From Obrimoposthia wandeli (taxonomy: Eukaryota), in the NCBI GenBank assembly GCA_977020255.1, contig CDROCS010005216.1, forward strand, positions 1 to 64,000: DNA of 64,000 bases, written 5' to 3'. Made by a program: the position numbers and the translations under genes. Numbering within the stretch: the stretch's first letter is position 1; every line of letters starts with the position of its first letter. Below are positions 10,409-19,297 of the stretch, piece by piece. Under the pieces are notes generated by a model, which had not been told where the DNA came from, ran no database searches, and saw only the letters and a list, made by a program, of their open reading frames with translations.

Positions 10409-11746
10409 TTAATTCAAGATAGCGACATTGACAAAAACCACCGTTAATAACAACGGACAAACAAAGCGTAAGTAATTTCCCCATATCGGTAACCACTTTC
10501 TACCTTCTTGCAAAGACACATCACGTAGCTTGTTACCGCGTTTCCATAGCCAACCAACAACAATAAAGTAAAATAAGCAGCTAAGCGGTTGTAAAATCGT
10601 GGTTAACACTCGGATCACTAAGCCAAACAAGCTATCAAAAAACGCAATCAAAGTCATACTCGCTGTTAGCACAATAGCAGATACCCACCAAGTAGCTTTC
10701 GAGCGGCTAAACTTTTTATCCTCAACAAGATAAGAAACAGGTACTTCAGTTGATGAGATGGTCGAGGTTAGCGCTGCTATCGATAGCAAGGAGAAAAAAC
10801 CAATAGCTACTATCATGCCGATGTTACCCATGGAATAAAAAAGCTCCGGCAGAATGTTGAAAATAAGTTGTCCTTCGCCAATAAGCTTGTCACCTTGGAA
10901 TACTTGCTGGCCAGCTTCTTGTGCTACATAAAGTGCAGGAATAATTAATAAGCCTGCCATAAATGCAATAAATGTATCTAAAGCGGTAATAGAAAGGGCA
11001 AGTTTGCCTATATCACGATCTTTTTTCATATAAGAGCCGTAAACCATCATGCCGCCGACACCAATAGAAAGTGAGAAAAATGCTTGTCCCATGGCTGAAA
11101 TAATCAACTTAGGGTTAGTGACTTGTGAAAAATCAGGTATTAAATAGGTTCTTAAGCCTTTTTCTGCACCCGGTTGTTGCAGTATATAAATAATCAACGA
11201 GACTAACATGATCAGTAATACGGGCATTAAGCGCGCAGACCATTTTTCGATGCCGGCGTTAACCCCTTGATGAATAATTGCAGCGCCAAGTAAGATAAAA
11301 ACGGGTGTAAACATTAAGTTTCTTGAGGTGCTCGACGTTGCAAGCCATTGAGAAGTGTCGTGGTAGCCTAATAATTCCGCCAGTGGTGACAAGGCATGCG
11401 CCAACATCCAACCAGCGACTATGGTATAAAAGCTTAGCATCATAATCGCGCCGCTTAAGCCAATTAAACCGGCATATTTACCTAACTTCGGTGAAGTATC
11501 TCGACATGCATCTTCTAAAGCAGAGACAGGGTTTTTCTGAGCTTGGTTGCCAATATAAACTTCGGCATAAAGTGCAGGCAGAGCGAGTAATATGGTTACG
11601 ACTAAGTAGACAAATAAAAATGCCCCGCCACCATTATTTGCCGCTTGGGTGGGAAATCCCCAAATATTGCCTAAACCTATCGCTGACCCCGCTGCAGCGA
11701 GAACAAAACCTATTCTTGAATGAAATGAATCTCTGACATTGCTCAT
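10409..11746 (-). CDS. Sodium-dependent transporter, NSS/SLC6 (LeuT-like) family
   Basis: SRIGFVLAAAGSAIGLGNIWGFP TM1 motif, NGGGAFL, AMGQAFFSLS(I)G and YGSY; about 11-12 hydrophobic segments. Confidence 0.92.
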   Translation of the reverse strand: MSNVRDSFHSRIGFVLAAAGSAIGLGNIWGFPTQAANNGGGAFLFVYLVVTILLALPALYAEVYIGNQAQKNPVSALEDACRDTSPKLGKYAGLIGLSGAIMMLSFYTIVAGWMLAHALSPLAELLGYHDTSQWLATSSTSRNLMFTPVFILLGAAIIHQGVNAGIEKWSARLMPVLLIMLVSLIIYILQQPGAEKGLRTYLIPDFSQVTNPKLIISAMGQAFFSLSIGVGGMMVYGSYMKKDRDIGKLALSITALDTFIAFMAGLLIIPALYVAQEAGQQVFQGDKLIGEGQLIFNILPELFYSMGNIGMIVAIGFFSLLSIAALTSTISSTEVPVSYLVEDKKFSRSKATWWVSAIVLTASMTLIAFFDSLFGLVIRVLTTILQPLSCLFYFIVVGWLWKRGNKLRDVSLQEGRKWLPIWGNYLRFVCPLLLTVVFVNVAILN

Positions 11747-12269
11747 AAATGCTAATTATTATTGTTGTTAATACTTTAGTTTGAGCTTACCTAGTTCACA
11801 CTCGTTAGCAAAGTTATTTTCTCGATTAGTTGCTTTTGAATAGAGGTTTGTTGAAATTTTAGCTAAATTCTTGCTATTCGCTGTTATGAAAGACTTGCTT
11901 TAAAGTATTTCTACCCTATATAGACCTAGGCGGTGCTTAAAGACGTATTATCTTTAATGAACAATAAAAATAATTGTATATAGCTATTCAGATGGCCATG
12001 CTGATTTTTCTCGTGGAGAGCATATAAGCCTGATAAAATAAATTCATTAAAGTTTACAGCCACTAAATTATGTTATTGAGCAATAATTGCTTGTACTTAA
12101 AAGCGCTAACAACACTGATGTTGTATATTCATAGTTTTTTTGAATGGCTTGGAATAACGTTGAACAGCTTTATCATTAAAGGCAAAAAGACCTTATATAT
12201 CAGCGGCCAATTTAAAGTGGGCGTTTACTAACCTAACGTTAAAATATTAATAAAGAGAGATAACCGTAG

Positions 12270-13148
12270 ATGTCTTCGTTTGTTCGTCAAGCACAAAGTC
12301 GATTAAATAAAATCGATTCAAGTCCTATTTTTCAGTGGTCTGTGATCACTGTTATTGTGCTATCAGCCTTATTAATTGGTGTAAAAACCCATGATTTACC
12401 CTTAGAAGCTGTGAAAATACTTGGCTTTTTAGATAGCGCAATTACCGTATTTTTTGTTTTCGAGTTGAGCATACGTTTTATTGCTTTTAAAGATAAAAAG
12501 ACCTTTTTCAAAAGTGGCTGGAACGTCTTTGATACCATCATTGTTATTGGTAGCTTAATTCCTGCAGGTGGCTCTGGCATTTTACTCGCTCGTTTGCTTC
12601 GAGTGTTCAGAGTTTTACGTTTAGTTTCTATGGTGCCAGAGCTGCGTCTACTTATTAATGCCTTAATAACAGCGATACCACGCATGGGCTATATTGCGCT
12701 GTTAATGTTTGTCATTTTTTACATTTACGCAGCTATTGGCAGTATTTTATTTAGCCAAATCAATGAAACTCTTTGGGGCGATGTTTCTATCTCGATGCTA
12801 ACCTTGTTCCGTGTTGCTACATTTGAAGATTGGACCGATGTTATGTACGAAACAATGGCCGTGCATCCTATGAGCTGGATTTTTTACCTGACCTTTATTT
12901 TTCTAACTGCCTTTATCTTTTTAAACATGATGGTGGGTACCATTTTAGAAGTGATGGGACAAGAGCATGAAAAATTTCGCGCTGAAGCTCATGGCGAAAG
13001 TGGTGAAGGTGGCGAGCCGGCGAGTAGGGCGCAAATTGAAAAACTTGAAATTGAATTACAAGAAATTAAAGCGTTGCTTAAAGCCACCCCTGTGATGTCT
13101 GACAATACAGGGTCTAAGTTAGGCAATCATCATGAAATAGAAAATTAG
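12270..13148 (+). CDS. Bacterial voltage-gated cation channel (BacNav-like, Ion_trans family)
   Basis: GWNVFD in S3, S4 RLLRVFRVLRLV (four Arg at every third position), pore filter TFEDWTD, S6 FIFLNMMVG and a C-terminal coiled coil. Confidence 0.9.
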   Translation: MSSFVRQAQSRLNKIDSSPIFQWSVITVIVLSALLIGVKTHDLPLEAVKILGFLDSAITVFFVFELSIRFIAFKDKKTFFKSGWNVFDTIIVIGSLIPAGGSGILLARLLRVFRVLRLVSMVPELRLLINALITAIPRMGYIALLMFVIFYIYAAIGSILFSQINETLWGDVSISMLTLFRVATFEDWTDVMYETMAVHPMSWIFYLTFIFLTAFIFLNMMVGTILEVMGQEHEKFRAEAHGESGEGGEPASRAQIEKLEIELQEIKALLKATPVMSDNTGSKLGNHHEIEN

Positions 13149-13208
13149 GTTTTCATTACATAACGTTAGTTAGTCATGTTAATGAATGCTGTTTGCCATG
13201 AATAGTTA

Positions 13209-13437
13209 ACCTGAACTCTGGATAATGAGTGTTTGATACTCAAGTGAATCAAAAACTTAGGTGGCAAAGTAGATGCTATAGCAAGGTGAACATCACTAAT
13301 ATACAGCATTGATGCTTCATTTTATGCCATTTCCAAGGCAAAACGTTTATGAATAGCGCGCTATTTATCGACGTTTTAACGCAGAAAATGGGTTAAAAGG
13401 GAGGGTTGAGCAAGTGCTGCTTATCCAGAGTTCAGGT
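13209..13437. mobile_element. 229-bp MITE-like element, copy 1
   Basis: Perfect 17-bp terminal inverted repeats ACCTGAACTCTGGATAA (13209-13225) and TTATCCAGAGTTCAGGT (13421-13437). Non-coding; the reverse complement of 47776-48004 with about 14 mismatches by manual count. Confidence 0.85.
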
Positions 13438-13605
13438 CAGTTAAATAACATAACCATTTATGGCATTATATTTTCTCGGTATTAACAAAAAAATGATGAT
13501 AAGAATCAATCTGATTAGCGTTGTTACTGCAATAGCAAAATGCTATAACTAGCGTTTATATAATATTTTTATCAATTGAACTGATTGTTTTCGTTAAACA
13601 AGTAG

Positions 13606-16506
13606 ATGATGAGTTCGTCGATAGTAAAAACACGTGTGTTTAAGGTGTCATTAATGACTGTTCTCAGTCGAACGTTACTATTATCTTTATTGTGCTTGTT
13701 TATCAATTTACTCGCTAGCTTTTCGGTAAGTAGCCAAAACTTAAATCAATATGCCGATAAAAACTTAGGCCAGAAATTGTCAACTATCGAAGACATGAGC
13801 GATAATCATCAGGCTTTAGTTTTAATCACTTCTCTTTACGACAATCCATCGCTATCGATTCTTGATAGACTTGCTGTACTTGCCAGTAAAAGTAAAATAT
13901 ATCACCGATTAGGCCGACTCGACAAAGCAATAGAAACAGCCCAAGAAGAACAAAAGTTTGCTAATAAATTCGACTTTAAGCAATTAGAAGCTGACGCTTA
14001 TAAGAGAATTGGCGTATATGCTTATTATAGAGGCTACAATAGCTTAGCCTTAAGCTCATACCAACAAGCCCTTGACTATTATACTAGCGTTAATGCTCCG
14101 CTTGCCCAGGCTAATCTACATAACAATATCGGTTTAGTTTATGCGGCAATGACCAAGCATGAAGATACACTATTGTCCTACCAAAAAGCTGAATTGCTGT
14201 ATCAAAAGTATGGTAGTAAAAAAGATAAAATTGATGTGCAAAGTAATATTGCGGGCTTACACTTACGATTGAAACGCCATGATATTGCTATACCTATGTA
14301 TCTTGATATAGTTGAAAAGCGTAAAGAAATTTCAGATTTTAAAGAGTTTGCTAAAACGTATACTGATTTGGGATCCGCCTACCAACATGCGGGTAATTAT
14401 AAGCAAGCTCAACATTATATGGAGCTGGCGTTAGCACTTCATAAGAAAAATAAAGATGACTATAACGCCGCGGCAACCTTGCATAACCTGGCTGAGCTCA
14501 ATAACGAGCAAAATGACATCGACCAAGCGGTAATCTACGCAAAAGAATGTATCCGCCTAAGCGTGGCTCAAGGGCATGACAACGCGTATGTTGGCGGATT
14601 ATATAGTCTAGCTAAGGCTTATTATCTGCAAGGGAAGTTTGATTTAGCGTTGAGTTACGTAGAACAATCGAATGAAGTTGCGATAAAAATGCAATACAAA
14701 GAGCAGGTGAAATACAATCAATCGCTACTCTCGCTAATATTTGCTTCTCAAAATAAAACCCAGAAAGCCGTTCAAAGCCAGTTTGATTTTTTACAAACTA
14801 ATAGTGAAATAGCGAACAACCAGCTGAACTCGCAACTAGCTCTATTCGACTCCGAACAACTCAAGCAACAAGTAGAGCAGTTGAAACAACAAAAACGTTT
14901 GCAGGTTTTAGAGACAGAACGTTCAACACAAGAACGTAACTTTATTATTATTGTGGTTGCTGCGGCGTTGCTGATTGGTTTTTTAATCGCCCGTCGAGAA
15001 ATAGAAAGACGATCAACCCAAGCACTCGAAGAAAAAGTAACACAAAGAACAACTGAACTTGAATACTTGATGCAAGAACTACAAAACGCTAACAATATAA
15101 AAAGCCAGTTTTTAGCGAATATGAGCCATGAAATTAGAACACCATTGACCACTGTTATTGGTCAAGCCGAAGCGATAATCAATGGTGACGTAGATGATGA
15201 ATATATCAATAAAGAAGTAGAAATAATTCACGGTAACAGCTTGCACCTACTCGAGCTTACCAATAATATTCTTGATTTAAGTAAAATTGAAGCAAATAAA
15301 ATAGAGTTAGAGCTACAAACACTAAACTTACATGACATTTTGCAAGAACTTGCCAACATGTTTACGTTGCAAGCGACATCAAAGGGCTTAACATTTGCTA
15401 TTTTACACACTTTACCTAAGCCATTTTTAATCGAAATTGACGGTTTTCGAGTAAAGCAGATATTAATCAATTTATGCTCTAATGCGATTAAATTCACCCC
15501 AAAAGGGCATGTTGAACTTAATATTAGTCGAAGCAATGGTAGCTTAGTTTTTAAAATTACTGACAGCGGCATTGGCATGAGTAGCTCGCAACTGCAAAAT
15601 TTGTTTGAAAGTTTCACGCAAGGTGACAGCAGTATTAGTCGACGCTTTGGCGGCACAGGTTTAGGCTTGTGTTTGTCGGATCAACTGGCAAAGATTATGG
15701 GGGGTAAAATCGATGTTGAGAGTGAATTAAATCAAGGTAGTGTTTTTGCGTTTAGTTTACCGTGTGAAGAAAGTGCTACTGAGCAATTTATTGAAAGCAC
15801 AATATTGGCTAACGACTCAAATAATGACAAGCAACTTGAACAGTTAAAAGGTAAAATTTTACTGGCTGATGACCATAATGATAATAGACGACTCATTGCT
15901 CGGTTATTGTCATCGTTAGGTTTAGAAGTATTAACCGCTCGTAATGGTCGTGAAGCTGTTGCTTTGTTTGCACAACATCACCCCACGCTGATTTTAATGG
16001 ATATTCAAATGCCTGAAATGGATGGTATTGAAGCGTTTAAAATTTTGCGTCAAAAGGGCTGTGAAACACCCATTGTTGCGCTTACGGCTAATGCCATGTC
16101 GCATGAAATAGCACATTACTTATCGTTGGGTTTCGACGGCCACCTTTCTAAGCCGATAGAGCGCAATATTTTTGTTCCAACTATTGCAAAATATTACGGT
16201 GACGCTATTTCACAAGAAGTCGCTAATGCTAGTTTCAATAAAGTTGAGATGGAAGATTTAGTCGAAGAATTTAAGTCGAATTTGGTATTAGAGCAGCAAG
16301 ATCTTGTGCTACACATTAACAATAATGACTTTGAGCAACTCAGCAGATTATCGCACCGTATTGCGGGTGCTGCGCAAATGTTTGGTTTCGCGGACTTATC
16401 AAAATACGCCTTACAATTAGAGATGGTGATAAAAAAGAATGACACTATTATTATTAATGATCAGACACAAAAATTATTAAATGAGATCGATCAGGTCTTG
16501 TGGTAA
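13606..16506 (+). CDS. Hybrid sensor histidine kinase: periplasmic TPR-like sensor, TM, HisKA, HATPase, REC, Hpt
   Basis: TPR-like helical repeats, a TM segment (FIIIVVAAALLIGFLIA), H-box FLANMSHEIRTPL, N-box QILINLCSNAIKFT, G-boxes DSGIGM and GGTGLGL, receiver LMDIQMPEMDG and Hpt LSHRIAGAAQMFG. Confidence 0.93.
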   Translation: MMSSSIVKTRVFKVSLMTVLSRTLLLSLLCLFINLLASFSVSSQNLNQYADKNLGQKLSTIEDMSDNHQALVLITSLYDNPSLSILDRLAVLASKSKIYHRLGRLDKAIETAQEEQKFANKFDFKQLEADAYKRIGVYAYYRGYNSLALSSYQQALDYYTSVNAPLAQANLHNNIGLVYAAMTKHEDTLLSYQKAELLYQKYGSKKDKIDVQSNIAGLHLRLKRHDIAIPMYLDIVEKRKEISDFKEFAKTYTDLGSAYQHAGNYKQAQHYMELALALHKKNKDDYNAAATLHNLAELNNEQNDIDQAVIYAKECIRLSVAQGHDNAYVGGLYSLAKAYYLQGKFDLALSYVEQSNEVAIKMQYKEQVKYNQSLLSLIFASQNKTQKAVQSQFDFLQTNSEIANNQLNSQLALFDSEQLKQQVEQLKQQKRLQVLETERSTQERNFIIIVVAAALLIGFLIARREIERRSTQALEEKVTQRTTELEYLMQELQNANNIKSQFLANMSHEIRTPLTTVIGQAEAIINGDVDDEYINKEVEIIHGNSLHLLELTNNILDLSKIEANKIELELQTLNLHDILQELANMFTLQATSKGLTFAILHTLPKPFLIEIDGFRVKQILINLCSNAIKFTPKGHVELNISRSNGSLVFKITDSGIGMSSSQLQNLFESFTQGDSSISRRFGGTGLGLCLSDQLAKIMGGKIDVESELNQGSVFAFSLPCEESATEQFIESTILANDSNNDKQLEQLKGKILLADDHNDNRRLIARLLSSLGLEVLTARNGREAVALFAQHHPTLILMDIQMPEMDGIEAFKILRQKGCETPIVALTANAMSHEIAHYLSLGFDGHLSKPIERNIFVPTIAKYYGDAISQEVANASFNKVEMEDLVEEFKSNLVLEQQDLVLHINNNDFEQLSRLSHRIAGAAQMFGFADLSKYALQLEMVIKKNDTIIINDQTQKLLNEIDQVLW

Positions 16507-16695
16507 AAATTCCGCTTAGAAGGTTACTCGTGAATAGCCTGGTATAAGTAGTGTTTTTATTTTTTATATAATGAAAGTATCATCACTTTGTGTGTCTGGA
16601 GTATTCGGTCGCTTGAGTTTCTGTCACTTTGATATCATTCAACAGTTTTTAGTCACTCGCTTTAGTGCCCGCCTTAATTACAAGCATAGCCGATA

Positions 16696-17250
16696 CTACT
16701 CTGTTGTTAATTTTGAAAGCTTGATCAATTTGTCCACTGTTTTTAAATTACGTGCAGTTGCGCTTATTTGCAGTTTTTTCTCTATTAACGCAATCGTTAA
16801 TTTAGAGCGTCCTAAACCATCTTCACAATGTAAATAAAGTACCTTGCCAATAACACTCAAGTGTTCATTACCTTTCAGGTAAGGGGATAGTGAAGCGATA
16901 TCATTACTGACTTCATCTGATAGAAAGAACAACAGCACTTTACTACCGTCTACAGAAACATCAACATGTTCAAATGGCAGATTTTCTCGCGCGCTTTGTA
17001 AAGTCTCTAGTGTTAATATAAATACGGGTACGTCAAATTGGTAATGTGCCAAAATTGTCTGGTTTATTTTCTTAGCTAGTTGCTCAGTAGTGACATGGTG
17101 ATCAATAGTGAAAATGACATTGCCACTTTGAATATAACTTTGCACATTTTCAAACGACAGTGATTGAAATAAGCTTCTTAACTCAACCATTTTAATTATT
17201 TTTTGACCGGAAACATTAATGCCGCGTAACAAAGAAATATAAACTGCCAT
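16696..17250 (-). CDS. DUF1697 family protein
   Basis: YISLLRGINVSG, NVQSYIQSGNVIF and TARNLKTV motifs. Confidence 0.85.
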   Translation of the reverse strand: MAVYISLLRGINVSGQKIIKMVELRSLFQSLSFENVQSYIQSGNVIFTIDHHVTTEQLAKKINQTILAHYQFDVPVFILTLETLQSARENLPFEHVDVSVDGSKVLLFFLSDEVSNDIASLSPYLKGNEHLSVIGKVLYLHCEDGLGRSKLTIALIEKKLQISATARNLKTVDKLIKLSKLTTE

Positions 17251-17304
17251 TTTTGTACAACCTCTATGTGTAAAATACCAATACCAATTAAAAAGTAAGC
17301 TAGT

Positions 17305-17622
17305 TTAAAACTTAAGCTTGCCTGTCAGTGTATCTTTATACATAACCCAATCGCCAAGAAAACTGTACCAAGGGTAGATAAATGTAGCGGGTTTGTTTTT
17401 TTCGAAAAAAAAGTGACCAACCCAAGCAAAGCCGTAACCAAGGATAGGTAATATCCAGAGTAATAACCAAGCAGCGTTTATTACAATATAGGCTAAAGTT
17501 ACAATGATCAGGCTTGAGCCAATAAAATGTAATCTTCTGCACGTTATATCTTGATGTTGGCTTAGATAGAAAGGATAGAAGGAGCTGAAGCTTTTATACT
17601 TTTTTGCTTGAGAGCTTGTCAT
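17305..17622 (-). CDS. DUF962 / Mpo1-like small membrane protein
   Basis: FYPFYLSQH, RRLHFIG, GYGFAWVGHFFFEKNKPATF and SFLGDWVM. Confidence 0.85.
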   Translation of the reverse strand: MTSSQAKKYKSFSSFYPFYLSQHQDITCRRLHFIGSSLIIVTLAYIVINAAWLLLWILPILGYGFAWVGHFFFEKNKPATFIYPWYSFLGDWVMYKDTLTGKLKF

Positions 17623-17631
17623 AAAAATAAC

Positions 17632-18273
17632 CTAATTTATTTTACTCGTTAGTACTTTTAAACCGATTAAAATCATAGCGCCACCGAGCACGCGATCTAT
17701 CCAATGGCTTAAGCGCTGAAACTTCATATTAATGCTCGGTTGAGAAAGCAACATTACAACAGCTGAAAACCAAAACAACTGTAATATCATCATCCAAAGA
17801 CCGTAAATAACTAAGTGCAAAGCAGGTAAGTTAGGTGATAAAACCACCGTAAATAATGCCACGAAATATATAGGTGCTTTGGGATTTAAGGCATTACATA
17901 AAAAGCCTTTAACAATCGCCTTTAAATTTGAATGCTTTTTAATTATTCTATTGTCGTTTAGGTCAGCAACATGGTTAACGGCTTTAGCACGCAGCCCTTT
18001 GATACCCAAGTAAACTAAGTAACTGCCACCGATAATTTTTATTACCCACAACGTGGTTGATGAATTGGCAATGACCGCTGCTAAACCTAGTGCAGAGTAA
18101 ATAATATGCACAGACAGCCCTAATGCAATACCAATACTGACCATAAACCCGGATGTTTTTCCGTTAGATAGTGTTTGCTGTGAAACTAAAACAAAATCAG
18201 GACCAGGTGATGCCGCAGCTAATAAATGAATAGAAGTGATTAAGAGCAAGCCTTGTACTAAATCCATTACCAT
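17632..18273 (-). CDS. LysE/RhtB family amino-acid exporter
   Basis: SPGPDFVLV, GGSYLVYLG, GFLCNALNPKAPIYF and WIDRVLG. Confidence 0.9.
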   Translation of the reverse strand: MVMDLVQGLLLITSIHLLAAASPGPDFVLVSQQTLSNGKTSGFMVSIGIALGLSVHIIYSALGLAAVIANSSTTLWVIKIIGGSYLVYLGIKGLRAKAVNHVADLNDNRIIKKHSNLKAIVKGFLCNALNPKAPIYFVALFTVVLSPNLPALHLVIYGLWMMILQLFWFSAVVMLLSQPSINMKFQRLSHWIDRVLGGAMILIGLKVLTSKIN

Positions 18274-19188
18274 TATCCTTATTACTATTTAAACTTATTT
18301 ATTAAAACTCGCCTAAAATAATTATTAGTGTAAATATCGACTATACGAGAAGTCAGTATGCATAGCCAATCTATTCAGTAATTCTTTCAACACTTTGATA
18401 GAATTGTGGTTTTTAACTGTGATTAATATGCTTAGTGTATCTGCTCATGTAATATCCTTCACTTTACGTTACTTTCTAAAGATGTAAGTTATTATTTTGA
18501 ATTATACATTTTGATATACTTACTATGCTGAATACTCTCTTGGTTTATGGTTTTATAGCTAATGTAAGTGCTAACTGTTGTGATGATATTTAACAATATA
18601 GTAGGCCTCATTTACTATGAACAATATTTATAATTCAATAACGCCCCTAGTATCTTGTTATTTGGGTTATACCACAACTCAGGTAATGGTAATTCTTTGC
18701 TATTACCTGTGCTATCGAGTTCCTTGAAAGTGCATGAAAATATACTACCGCTATGAATTCCTATTTATAAATGAACTGATCAAGTTACCCGCATGATAGT
18801 GTTTGATGCACTAAGGGCTCAAACAAGCTAGAAATTAAAATAGTAAAGTTAAGCGCCAAATAAAAATAGTCACTATGTTGTTAGTTATTGTTTTTATTGT
18901 TTTTATTGTTTTTTAATATTTCATGTTTCATGTTTCTAGATGATTTTATTCTAAATGTCTCTCTACACTGCTTCATTAAATAACTTTAGCTATTAATCAT
19001 TTTTTACAGGGTGATAAAAATTATTAATAGTAGTAAAAAAGTTATAAGAAGACAGCCTAAATCGAATAAAAAAACTATAAGAATATTATTTGTCACTAAG
19101 CTGTTGATAATTAGTGTGGTTAACCTTTTGGTATTACCGGTTCTTTGTTTTTTAAGTGTGATTTTGTTGTTTTGGTAAGCTCTTGGTG

Positions 19189-19217
19189 TTGACGTGTTGT
19201 TTTAAATTGGTTAGTTT
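19189..19217 (+). promoter_or_regulatory. sigma70-like promoter for the TonB receptor
   Basis: TTGACG (19189-19194), 17-bp spacer, TAGTTT (19212-19217). TTGGTAA at 19172-19178; TTGGTTA at 19207-19213 overlaps the -10. Confidence 0.6.
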
Positions 19218-19297
19218 GTCGTATCGTTAATTGTAAATAACTATGCTCGTATAAAAATGTTGAACAATTAGTAGACTTAAAAATTAAGGTGGGGAAG

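Noticed and set aside
16571-16837. 88-aa plus-strand ORF overlapping the DUF1697 3' end
   Set aside because: Its 3' half is antisense to a real gene and the product has no recognisable features.
18886-18937. Short tandem repeats (TATTGTTTT x3, TTCATGT x2) in the 1-kb spacer before the TonB receptor
   Set aside because: Low-complexity and AT-rich with no unique spacers, so not CRISPR. The minus strand gives A-rich AACAATAA motifs, but no transcript can be supported.
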